Assembly (NCBI GenBank): GCA_035221665.1
Contig: CM069131.1
Span: 84,444,001 to 84,508,000, forward strand
DNA length: 64,000 bases
Reading direction: 5' to 3'
From: Okamejei kenojei
Lineage: Eukaryota
Part shown: piece after piece, positions 25,854 through 36,766 of the stretch
How the letters are laid out: each line of letters opens with the position of its first letter
Numbering within the stretch: the first letter of the stretch is position 1
Notes under the pieces: model-generated
What the model saw: only the letters and a program-made list of their open reading frames with translations
Databases searched by the model: none
Told to the model about the DNA's origin: nothing
Translations under genes and position numbers: made by a program

Positions 25854-27454
25854 CAGTGGCTTGCAAAAGTTTTCATACCCCTTGAGCTTTTCCACATTTT
25901 GTCACGTTACAACCACAAACGTAAATGTATTTTATTACGATTTTATGTGATAGACCAACACAAAGTGGCGCATTATTGTGAAGTGGAAGGAAAATGATAC
26001 ATGGTTTTCAAATTTTTTTACAAATAAAAAACTGAAAAGTGTGGCGTGCAAAAGTATTCAGCCCCCTTTACTCTGATACCCCTAAATAAAATCCAGTGCA
26101 ACCAATGGCCTTCAGAAGTCACCTAATTAGTAAATAGAGTCCACTTGCGTGTAATCTAATCTCAGTATAAATACAGCTATTCTGTGAAGGCCTCAGAGGT
26201 TTGTTAGAGAACATTAGTGAACAAACAGCATCATGAAGCCCAAGGAACACACCAGACAGGTTAGGGATAAAGTTGTGGAGAAGTTTAAAGCAGGGTTAGG
26301 TTATAAAAACATATCCCAAGCTTTGAACATCTCACGGAGCACTGTCCAATCCATCATCCAAAAATGTAAAGAGTATGGCACAACTGCAAACCTACCAAGA
26401 CATGGCCGTCCACCTAAACTGACAGGCCGGGCAAGGAGAGCATTGATCAGAGAAGCAGACAAGAGGCCCGTGGTAACTCTGGAGGAGCTGCAGAGATCGA
26501 CAGCTCATGTGGGAGAATCTGTCCACAGGACAACTATCAGTCGTGCACTCCACAAATCGGGCCTTTATGGAATAGTGGCAAGAAGAAAGCCATTGTTGAA
26601 ACAAAGCCATAAGAAGTCCCATTTGCAGTTTGCCACAAGCCATGTGGGGGACACAGCAAACATGTGGAGGAAAGTGCTCTGGTCTGATAGTACCAATATG
26701 GAAGTTTTTGGCCTAAATGCAAAACGCTATGTGTGGCGGAAAACTAACACTGCACATTACCCTGAACACACCATCCCCACTGTGAAACATGGTGGTGGCA
26801 GCATCATGCTGTGGGGATGCTTTTCTTCAGCAGGGGCAGGGAAACTGGTCAGAGTTGATGGGAAGATGGATGGAGCCAAATACAGGGCAATCTTGGAAGA
26901 AAACCTGTTAGAGTCTGCAAAAGACTTGAGACTGGGGCGGAGGTTCACCTTCCAGCAGGACAACGACCCTAACCATACAGCTTAGATCAAAGCATATTCA
27001 TGTGTTAGAATGGCCCAGTCAAAGTCCAGACCTAAATCCAATTGAGAATCTCTGGCAAGACTTGAAAATTGCTGTTCACAAACGCTCTCCATCCAATCTG
27101 ACTGAGCTTGAGCTATTTTGCAGAGAAGAATGGGCAAAAATTTCAGTCTCTAGATGTGCAAAGCTGGTAGAGACATATCCCAAAAGACTTGCAGCTAGCT
27201 GTAATTGCAGCGAAAGGTGGTTCTACAAAGTATTGACTCAGGGGGGCTGAATACTTTTGCACGCCACAATTTTCAGTTTTTTATTTGTAATAAAATTTCG
27301 AAACCATGTATCATTTTCCTTCCACTACACAATTATGCACCACTTTGTGTTGGTCTATCACATAAAATCGCAATAAAATATGTTTACGTTTGTGGTTGTA
27401 ACGTGACAATATGTGGAAAAGTTCAAGGGGTATGAAAACTTTTGCAAGCCACAG
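25854..27454 (+). mobile_element. Tc1 DNA transposon, near-intact inner element (1601 bp)
   Basis: TA|CAGTGGCTTGCAAAAGTTTTCATACCCCTTGA ... TCAAGGGGTATGAAAACTTTTGCAAGCCACAG|TA. TIRs of about 213 bp with inner direct repeats. Confidence 0.97.
26233..27236 (+). pseudogene. Tc1 DDE transposase, 250 aa open then frameshifted
   Basis: Paired-like [40 protein letters not shown]. An apparent short deletion near 26981 is followed by [17 protein letters not shown] 4-bp duplication lies near 27195. Confidence 0.95.
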
Positions 27455-27945
27455 TATGTAAATGTGATATTTCAGTTATTTATTTTTAATTATTTTGCAA
27501 AAATTTCTAAACACCTGTTTTTGCTTTTTTATTTTGGGGTATTGTGTATAGGTTGATGATAAAAAAAAAATTTTTGATCCATTTTAGAATAAGGCTGTAA
27601 TGTAACAAGATGTGAAAAAAGTGAAGGGGTCTGAATACTTTCTGAATTTCCTGTATTTCCATCTCGAATTCAGATTCTCTGACTGCTGTGTTGGGATTTA
27701 GACTTGCTTTCATTATTTTATCGGTATCTTTAGAGTACTGGCCTAACAACATTGCCATTACATCATTACATGACTACACAGCTTCTGGCATATTATGTTA
27801 CTTATTACAACCAGCATGTCGAGGCCAGGAAATGTCAACTAGTGTGTAGGAAGGAACTGCAGATGCTGTTTATACCAAGGATAGATACAAAATGCTGGAA
27901 TAACTCTGTGGGTCAGGGAACATCTCTGGAGAAAAAGAATAGGTG

Positions 27946-28159
27946 GTTACACAAAAAGCTGGAGAAACTCAGCGGGTGCAGCAGCATCTAAGGAGCGAAG
28001 GAGATAGGCGACGTTTCGGGTCGAAACCCTTCTTCAGAAGGGTCTCGACCCGAAACGTCGCCTATCTCCTTCGCTCCTTAGATGCTGCTGCACCCGCTGA
28101 GTTTCTCCAGCTTTTTGTGTAACCCTCGATTCTCCAGCATCTGCAGTTCCTTCTTCAAC
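27946..28159 (+). mobile_element. Young 214-bp Penelope-like fold-back insertion
   Basis: 16-bp TSD AGAAAAAGAATAGGTG (27930-27945 and 28160-28175). 89-bp inverted arms with one mismatch and a 2-nt loop. Confidence 0.9.
28010..28037 (-). ncRNA. Minimal type-I hammerhead ribozyme core (Penelope-associated)
   Basis: CUGAAGA-A-GGGU(UUCG)ACCC-GAAAC-GUC: conserved boxes, stem II, and palindromic ACGU helix III. Stem I is disrupted in this copy by the fold-back junction. Confidence 0.65.
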
Positions 28160-29298
28160 AGAAAAAGAATAGGTGATGATTTGGGTCTGAAAAGAAGGGT
28201 TACAACCTGAATTGTCACCTATTTCTTTTCTCCAGAAATGCAGCCTGACCAAATAAGTTATCTAATTTGCAAAACACAAATTCCTGGAGTAACTCAGCAG
28301 GCCAGGCAGCATGCTTGGAGGGAATGGATAGACAATATTTTGCATTTGAAGAAGGGTCCTGACGTGAAACGTCCCCAATCCATTCCCTACACAAATGCAA
28401 TCTGACCCACTGAGTTCCTCCAGCACTTTGTGTTTTGCTCACAAATCCAGCATATGCAGTTCCTTGCATGTCTCATCTACTCATTTGTTCAGCTATGTAA
28501 AGGCGCACAGGAAAGAAGGAAGTCAAAGTCAGAAGTCAACCAAATTCAGGATATAAAGAAACATGAAAACTGAAGCAATAAATGCAAGATAAAAACAAGA
28601 GATGGGAACATCCCCCTTAAATTGTTGCACCATTACAGTAAATTCTGTTGAATCAAGTTTACAGCTTCATTTACTGCCTTTTATCCAAATCCCTAGATAC
28701 CTCATAACCTAACTCAAACCCATTAAACTCAGACATTGATATTTCAATTGGTTCAGCATCCATCAACTTTCAGGAACAAAAAAACCCTCTTCAACTAGAC
28801 AAAATCTATGGGCACATATTCACTCCATAATGTAAGCAACAAAATAATTTCCATTCAATAATAAAGTAAACTGCGTAACACTTTTCCACATCAATATTGC
28901 TCCGGGTTGCTATCTCTGTGTTTTGAGTCACACTGTTCCCATGGTTTTCAGCAGGATTGCCAGTCCCATTCTCTGAAAAGGCTTTGGAATGACCAGTGGC
29001 GAATCTCACTGTCTTTTCAATTTGTACTGCCTTTCAAAGACATCACGATGTAATCGATCCTATCTTCCTTTGGCTTATGCCTGATGAAAGGTGTCCTTCT
29101 TGTAATATGATATTTTAATTGGTATTTAGGACGCTAATCACCTTTTTATTGGTATATTATTATCACGTGTAATGAGGTATAGTGAGTCTTTGTTTTGCAT
29201 GCTATCCAGGCAGATTATACCTTACATGAATATAATTAAACCACACACGAATACAACTAGCAGTGCAAAAAGAGACAGAACGAAGAGTTCAGAATATA

Positions 29299-30558
29299 AC
29301 CATATAATCATATAACCATATAACAATTACAGCACGAAAACAGGCCCTCTCGGCCCTTCCAGTCCGTGCCGACCATTTGTTTTCCCCTAGTCCCATCTAC
29401 CTGCACTCAGACCATACCCCTCCATTCCCTTCCCGTCCATATACCTATCCACTTTACTTTTAAATGTTAAAATCGATCCTGCCCCCACCACTTCTGCTGG
29501 AAGCTCATTCCACACAGCCACCACCCTCTGAGTAAAGAAGTTCCCCCTCACGTTACCCCTAAACTTCTGTCCCTTAATTCTCATGTCATGCCCTCTTGTT
29601 TGAATCTTCCCTACCCTCAATGGGAAAAAGCTTATCCATGTCAACTCTGTCTATCCCTTTCATCATTTTAAAGACCTCAATCAAGTCCCCCCTTAACCTT
29701 CTGCGCTCCAAAGAATAAAGACCTAACTTGTTCAACCTTTCTCTGTAACATAGTTGCTGGAACCCTGGCAACATTCTAGTAAATCTCCTCTGTACTCTCT
29801 CTATTTTGTTGACATCCTTCCTATAATTAGGCGACCAAAATTGTACACCATACTCCAGAATTGGACTTACCAATGCCTTGTACAATTTTAACATTACTTC
29901 CCTACTCCTATATTCAATGCTCTGATTTATAAAGGCCAGCACACCAAAGGCTTTCTTTACCACCCTATCTACATGCGATTCCACCTTCAGGGAACTATGC
30001 ACAGTTATTCCTAGATCCCTCTGTTCCACAGCATTCCTCAATTCCCTACCATTTACCATGTACGTCCTATTTTGATTTGTCCTGCCAAGATGTAGCACTT
30101 CACACTTACAGCATTAAACTCCATCTGCCATCTTTCAGCCCACTTTTCCAAATGGCCCAAATCTCTCTGTAGACTTTGAAAATCTACTTCATTATCCACA
30201 ACACCACCTATCTTAGTATCATCTGCATACTTACTTATCCAATTTTCCACCCCATCATCCAGATCATTGATGTACATGACAAACAACAGTGGACCCAACA
30301 CAGATCCCTGAGGCACCCCACTGGTCACCGGCTTCCAACCTGACAAACAGCCATCCACCATTACTCTCTGACATCTCCCATTCAGCCACTGTTGAGTCCA
30401 TCTTGCTACTCCGCCATTAACACCCAAAGATTGAACCTTCTTAACCAACCTTCCATGGGGAACCTTGTCAAAGGCCTTACTGAAATCCATATAGACAACA
30501 TCCACTGCTTTACCCTCATCAATTTCCCTAGTAACCGCTTCATAAAATTCAAGAAGGT
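29299..30558 (-). mobile_element. CR1 LINE (TATGGTTA-type tail), 5'-truncated
   Basis: YMDFSKAFDKVPH, GVPQGSVLGP, SKYADDTK; TSD AGAATATA (29291-29298 and 30559-30566). Confidence 0.95.
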
Positions 30559-30907
30559 AGAATATAGTGTTACATCTACAGAGAAAGTGCACTTAAAATA
30601 TGTGCAAAGGGCCATAATAGGGCAGATTGGAGGGGGCATTCAAGAGTCTGATAACAGCGGGGAAGAAGCTGTTTTTGATAGCGATGGTACTAGCTTTTGG
30701 AGCTCAATTGGAGTAACCTATAAGCACCATTTTACTTGTGTGTCCAATCCCGCTACAGAGGAGCTCAGCAAATATGCTTAAATTTATGGATAGTAACTTT
30801 TTGGGTTGGATAGGTAACATTTTGCATAGCATCTGCAGTTCCTTTTTATTACATTTAGGCTTAAATTTATATTTGTGAGGCTATCAGGAGTCTGGTAACG
30901 GTAATAT

Positions 30908-31160
30908 TGTGTAGAAAGGAACTGCAGTTACTGGTTTATACCAAAGATGGACGCAAAATGCTGGAGTAACTCAGTGGGTCAGGCAGCATCTCTGGATAAA
31001 AAGGATGAATGACCTTTTTGGTTCACAATCCTTCTTCAGACTGACTTCGTGGGTCTGGACCCTGAGAAGGAGTGTCCCGACCCAAACCGTCATCCATCCT
31101 TTTTCTGCATAGATGCTGTCTGACCTGTTGAGTTACTCCCGCATTTGGTGTCTATTATGT
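30908..31160. mobile_element. Penelope-like fold-back terminal pair
   Basis: aaggaactgcag...ccttcttcagactg followed by cccgacccaaaccgtcatccatcc...gagttactcc. Confidence 0.75.
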
Positions 31161-32542
31161 CGTAGTAGTCTGCCATCTGGATGACCCTCCTGGGGCACCT
31201 GCCTTCCTCTTGTGCCCCACCATTAATATCATGTAAAATTACTGTTAAATCTATAGAGGACATTCCTTCAAAGTGGAGCAAGTCTCCAGCTGGGACTACT
31301 GCGCAGCTGGCTGGAAAAGTCTAGCCAGCATGCGCAGAGCAAGAGCAGAAAGAGAACGGAGAGAGTTTCAACTCCAGGATAGCTCGTCAGTCAAGATCTT
31401 CCATATAATGTTGGGCATTACCCATAGAAGGAACTCCAACTTGACACATAGAATGCTTCCCATGACATGGCTCAGTGTAGCGCAGACAAGTAGGCTTGAT
31501 TTACTTGGGTTGAATTTGCTATTCTTTTTAAACTCCATTATCACATACAACCAAGATACTGTTAATCCCATGCACCTTAATCCTTTGGATCAGCCTACCA
31601 TGGGGGACTTTATCAAATGCCTTACTAAAATCTATGAAGACAACATCCACTGCACTACCCTCATCAATCACTAAAAGGATGTGCTTCCTGGGATGCTCTC
31701 AGTTAGCATGCAAGTACTCAATGTGATTGAAATCTTAGCAATGCCAGACCTGGATGTGAGAGTGGGGCAGGGGGCAGGGGGCAGAGATCAATGTGATGAT
31801 TTCCGAGCTAATAACAGATAATTAAGCACAGGCTTTAGGAATGATAGCTTGGTGCAAAAAACTTTTGTAAAACTAAGTCGGCATTAGATGAATTAATAGG
31901 CAAGTAAATTCTCTTTAGCTTATTCGAAGAAACAGCGCTCTGAGCTTTGTATTTTAATAATCCAAAACCATTATGATATAAATTGAAACACATCTGATTC
32001 TTTGTCCTCCTCACAGATTCTATGAATAATTAATGAGAATTTTGATTTATAATTGACCTTAATTTGCTTCAATATCAATCAGTACACCTACCTAATGTTT
32101 GATCAGAAAGATGTAATAGCATATGCAACATTTTCATTATTACTTTCTAATTCATGCTCTTGGTTGACCACATACAGTGCTGTAAAAGAAGATAAACACT
32201 TGCTCAAATGGATTCATGGTGCACAGGTGACACAAACCCAAGACACCATCCAATGCAGGCTCAATATGTACCTACAGATTTCAGGGGCTTTATCACACCA
32301 AACCTTTCATCTACAGATATATTGCCATTCATTTCAGGAAAAAAATCTTGTTATTCCTGAAGAACACTCCATGGCTGCTGAATAGAGGACATGGATGCTA
32401 AAGTACATTGTGACATTTATTTGCGAGAAACAAATTAAAAATGTCACATTGCTAACTGATAAACAGGAAAAATGAATTTCTCTTATATTATAAGGGTTGA
32501 GGTACAGGAAGGAAATAAGAAGGCAATTCCTGCCTGCAGAAG

Positions 32543-32895
32543 CATAAAGCATAGAAAAAGGTGCAGGAGGAGGCCATTTGGCCCTTCAAGCCAGCACCGT
32601 CATTCATTGTGATCATGGTTGTTAAGCCCCTATCAATAACCCGTGCCTGCCTTCTCCCCATATCTCTGGACTCCACTAGCCCCTAGAGCTCTATCTAACT
32701 CTCTTTTAAATCCATCCAGTGACTTGGCCTCCACTGCCCTCTGTGGCAGGGAATTCCATAAATTCACAACTCTCTGGGTGAAAACGGTTTTTCTCACCTC
32801 GGTCTTAAATGACCTCCCCTTTATTCTAAGTCTGTGGCCCCTGCTTCTGGACTCACCCAACATTGGGAAAATTTTTCCTGCATCTAGCTTGTCCT
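32543..32895 (-). mobile_element. CR1 3' fragment
   Basis: LDAGKIFPMLGESRSRGH...FTQRVVNLWNSLP. Confidence 0.92.
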
Positions 32896-33344
32896 GTAGT
32901 TCATACTCTTCCTGCAATTCCTTTGTGTGTCGATTTCTAGCTAAGTACTATTCAACTTTCAGTCTCCAGCATTTGTTTAGTTGCTGTATCTCTGTCTATC
33001 ATGGCTTTCCTTTCATTTAAAATTTCAACAAATTCTCAGCAACAATAAACGACATTTGAAATTGCACAAAAGAACCAGAAAGGACCTTGAGCAAGGTTTG
33101 TGGATTTGGAGGATGTTTGTGAATAAAACCCTTTGTTCCCTCATTCAACAGATAATCTGAGTATCTCAGTGTAACATAGGGCTTTCATATTGACAGGACC
33201 GGCATGATAAACTCTGTGAAATAAAACAAGTACACTTTTCATCATTTTATAGTTTTGTATCCAGATGAAATCATCTTCTACAGTTTTAAAGGAGAAGGCT
33301 GCAAATTCTTCAGAAATATAACTATATTGATGGAGATAATGTAG

Positions 33345-34590
33345 TGCTGTCTGGATTGGGTGCTGTCTGTGTGGAGTCTGCATGTTCTCCCTGTGACCAC
33401 ATGGGTTTCCTCTGGGTGTCCCGGTTTCCTCCTATAGCCCAAAAATGTATGGGCTTGTAGGTTAATTGGCCTCTGTAAATTGCCAAGAATCTACCTATCT
33501 CTGCCTTAAAAATATCAATTGAATTGGCCGACACAGTCTACTGTGGCAAAGAACTCCACAGATTCACCACCTTCTGACTAAAGAAATTCCTCTTCATCTC
33601 CTACCTGTTCCTTTAATTCTTTAATTCTGAGGCTAGGACCTCTGGTCCTAGACTCTCCCACTAGTGAAAACATCCTCTCCACATCCACTCTATCTCGGCC
33701 TTTCACTATTCGGCAAGTTTCTATGAGGTCCGCCTCATCTTCCTAAACTCCAACGAGTAGAGGCTCAGTGCCGTCAAACACTCATCATACTGTATGTTAA
33801 CCCACTCATTCCTGGGATCATTCACGTACACCTCCTCTGGACCCTCTCCAAAGCCAGCACATCCTTCCTCAGATATGGGGCCCAAAATTGCACAAAATAC
33901 TCCAAATGCTAAAAGAGCCTCAGCATTATGTCCGTTTTTGTATTCTAGTCCTCTTGAACTAAATGATAGCATTACGTTTGCTTTGGTTACGACCTGCAAA
34001 TTAACTTTTTGGGAATCCTGCACCAGCACGCCCAAGTCCCTCAGCACCTCAGATTTCTGGATTCTCTCCCCATTTAGAAAATAGTCTATGCCTATATTTC
34101 TACGACCAAAACGCATGACTCAACACTTTGCTACTCTCTATTTCATCTGTCACTTCTCTGCCCATGCTTCCAACCTGTCCAGGTCCTTCTGCAGTGTCCC
34201 TGCTTTCTCTACACTACCAGCCCCTCCATCTATTTTCATTTCATCTGCAAACTTGGCCACAAAGCCGTCAATCTCCTCAACGTGAACAGTAGCGGCCCCA
34301 GCACCGAACCCTGCGGAACTCCACTAGTCACTGGCTGCCAACCAGAAAAAGCCCACTTTATTGCCATTATTTGCCTTCTACCCTTCTGCCAACCTGCAAT
34401 CCAAGCCTGTCCAAATGTTTTTAAAATGTTGTTATCGTAGCTGCCTCATCTACCTCCTCTGATAGATTATTCCATATACCCACAACCCTCTGTGAAAAAG
34501 TTGTCCCTCGAGTTGCTATTAAATCCTTCCCCTCTCACATTAAACCTGTGTCCTCTGGTTCTTGATTCCCCCTTCTCTGGGTTCATTGGC
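33345..34590. mobile_element. SINE core (33345-33483, plus) abutting CR1 RT fragments (33485-34590, minus)
   Basis: gggtgctgtctgtgtggag...taattggcctctgtaaatt, then AKFAD, RDLGVLV, LYSLEFRKMR on the minus strand. Confidence 0.85.
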
Positions 34591-35029
34591 TTCACCCATT
34601 GAGGGATACACAAGTCATGAAGCAGAAGCAAATCTCATAGCCGATTGCCTTGAATGATACAAATGTTTATATTTTACAGTTCCTTTTGGAAACAAATATA
34701 ACAAACAGCTCTCCATCATATGTCACCCGTTGTTTCCAATGTGTCAGTTCTGATTTAGTTGGCAACACTCTTTAATTGTGTCAATAAAATGTGGTTTCAA
34801 GACCAACGACAGGGACTTGAGCACCTTAATCAAGGTTGTCACACAAATGTAATACTAAGGGTATGCTGCACTGAAACTGTCCTTTGTGGTCAGCAGTTCT
34901 AGACTTTGGAAGGAATGTTAAACTGCTTAATGAATCTCTCAGGTTGATACAAAAGATTTCATAGGAGAATTCCAAAGTAAAGTTCTTGTGGGAGCATGCA
35001 CAATACTTTCCCCCATTTAATATTATCTG

Positions 35030-35870
35030 GCCTCATCAAATAGATAGGGTGAATGCACCAATGTAGAGGAATCAAAAAACAGGAGACATAGGTTTAAGGT
35101 GAGAGGGGAAAGATTTAATAGGAACATATTTCAAGTATTATATTCAGTTTTTGGCAACATGTTATAGGGATGATGTTGTCAAACTGGACAGGGTGCAGAG
35201 AGGATTTACGAGGATGTTGCCAGGTCTCGAGGGCCTGGGCTATAGGTAGAGGTTGAGTGGGCTGGGACTCTATTCCTTGGAGCACAGGAGAATGAGGGGT
35301 GATCTTATAAAGGTATACAAAATGAGAGGAATATATTGGATAAGTGCACGGACTATCTTGCCCAGAGTAGGGTAATCGAGAACCAGAAGACATAGGTTTA
35401 AAGTGAGTAGGGAAAGATTTAATAGGAACCTGAGGGATCACTTTTCCACATAGAGGGTGATGGGAATATGGAACGAGCTGCTGGAGGAGGTAGTTGAGGC
35501 AGATACTATAACAACGTTTAAGAAACATTTAGACAGGTACATGGATAAGAAAGGTTTAGAGACATATGGGCCAAACGCCGGCAGGTGGGACTAGTGTAGA
35601 TGGTACATGTTGGTTGGTGTGGGCAAGTTGGGCGGAAGGGCCTGGTTCAGTGCTGTATGACTCTATGACTCAATTCTGTGAGTGGGGGATGAGTATGCAT
35701 AAATAGATAGGCACATGATAGTTAGATGACAAATAGGCACATGGATATGCAGAGAATTGAGGAATATGGATCATATGCAGGCAGATGAGATTAGTTTATC
35801 TTGAAATCATGTTTAGCACTGACATTGTGGGCCTATGGGTCTATTCTTGGGCTGTACTGTTCGATAAATC
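35030..35870 (+). mobile_element. CR1 3' fragments (TATGACTC tail)
   Basis: agggtgcagagaggatttacgaggatgttgcc...gctgtatgactctatgactc. Confidence 0.85.
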
Positions 35871-36516
35871 CAATTTGCCTGGAGTGTTTCTTAATTCCAA
35901 CAATGGCTCTCCTTCAAATAAATACTTCATTGTCTGTAAAAGACGATGAGACAACTCAAACTGATGAAAACTGTATAAATGCAGGTCTATTACTTAATTC
36001 CTGGAGGCTGCCATACCTAGGGGTTTGAAAGAAAACTCAGAAGGAGACAAAACAAATTGTTTGGAGTGTTTAAGAAGAAATATAGATTTGTTCCTTCAAG
36101 TATTTCCCTTTTACTACAGTCAATTAAATATTTTGGAACTGTAATTACTGTCACAAGCAAGCTTTACTGAGGGATACATGTTAATTGGCATACCAGCCAA
36201 TCCTTTTTGTTCTCCTACAGAAAGAACCACTTATAAGGTGCTTCACTTACAAGTGAGCAGGCAGAAAGGACTCAGAGTTCAATGGATCGTTATTGTCACG
36301 TAAGAACAGCACAGTGAAATTATTTTGCACAACCACAAATGTACAGTTGGCACAGAAAACAACAAAAAAGCTTTTTATTGAACCTGTGTGCAAAACATAC
36401 AGTGGATAAAAGATGGATGGGAGGTGGGCATCTATAAAGCAACTTTTATTTATTTCCTGAAATATTTATTTTCTAAAATAGAATCAGCTCTGATAGAGGT
36501 TTTTGTTATTCAACAA

Positions 36517-36766
36517 GTGGTTGCACAGTGGCACAGCAGTGGAGCTGCTGCCTCAGACGCCAAAGACCTGAATTCCATCCTGTGTATGGGTGCTATCTGT
36601 GCGGAGTTTGCATGTTCTCCCTATGACTGCGTGGGTTTCCTCCAGGTGCTCTGGTTTCCTCCCATATTCCTAAGTGGTACAGGTTTGTATTGATTGGCTT
36701 CTGTACTTTGCCACTTGTGTGTAGGATGTGAAACTATGATAACATGGTGCTAGTGTACGGGTGATC
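36517..36766 (+). mobile_element. HE1-like SINE, 3' end cut by CR1
   Basis: gcacagtggcacagcagtggagctgctgcctca...gggtgctatctgtgcggagtttgcatgttctcc. Confidence 0.85.

Larger units (their letters stand above)
23193..27653 (+). mobile_element. Tc1/mariner DNA transposon (IR/DR type), outer element
   Basis: TA|CAGTGCATTCAGAAAGTATT ... AATACTTTCTGAATTTCCTG|TA. TIRs of about 220 bp with an inner repeat (aagtattcagaccc). Carries three separate insertions. Confidence 0.93.
27843..28470. mobile_element. Cluster of three Penelope-like fold-back termini
   Basis: Older inverted pair 27843-28260 hosts a younger insert; a second pair lies at 28270-28470. Confidence 0.85.
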
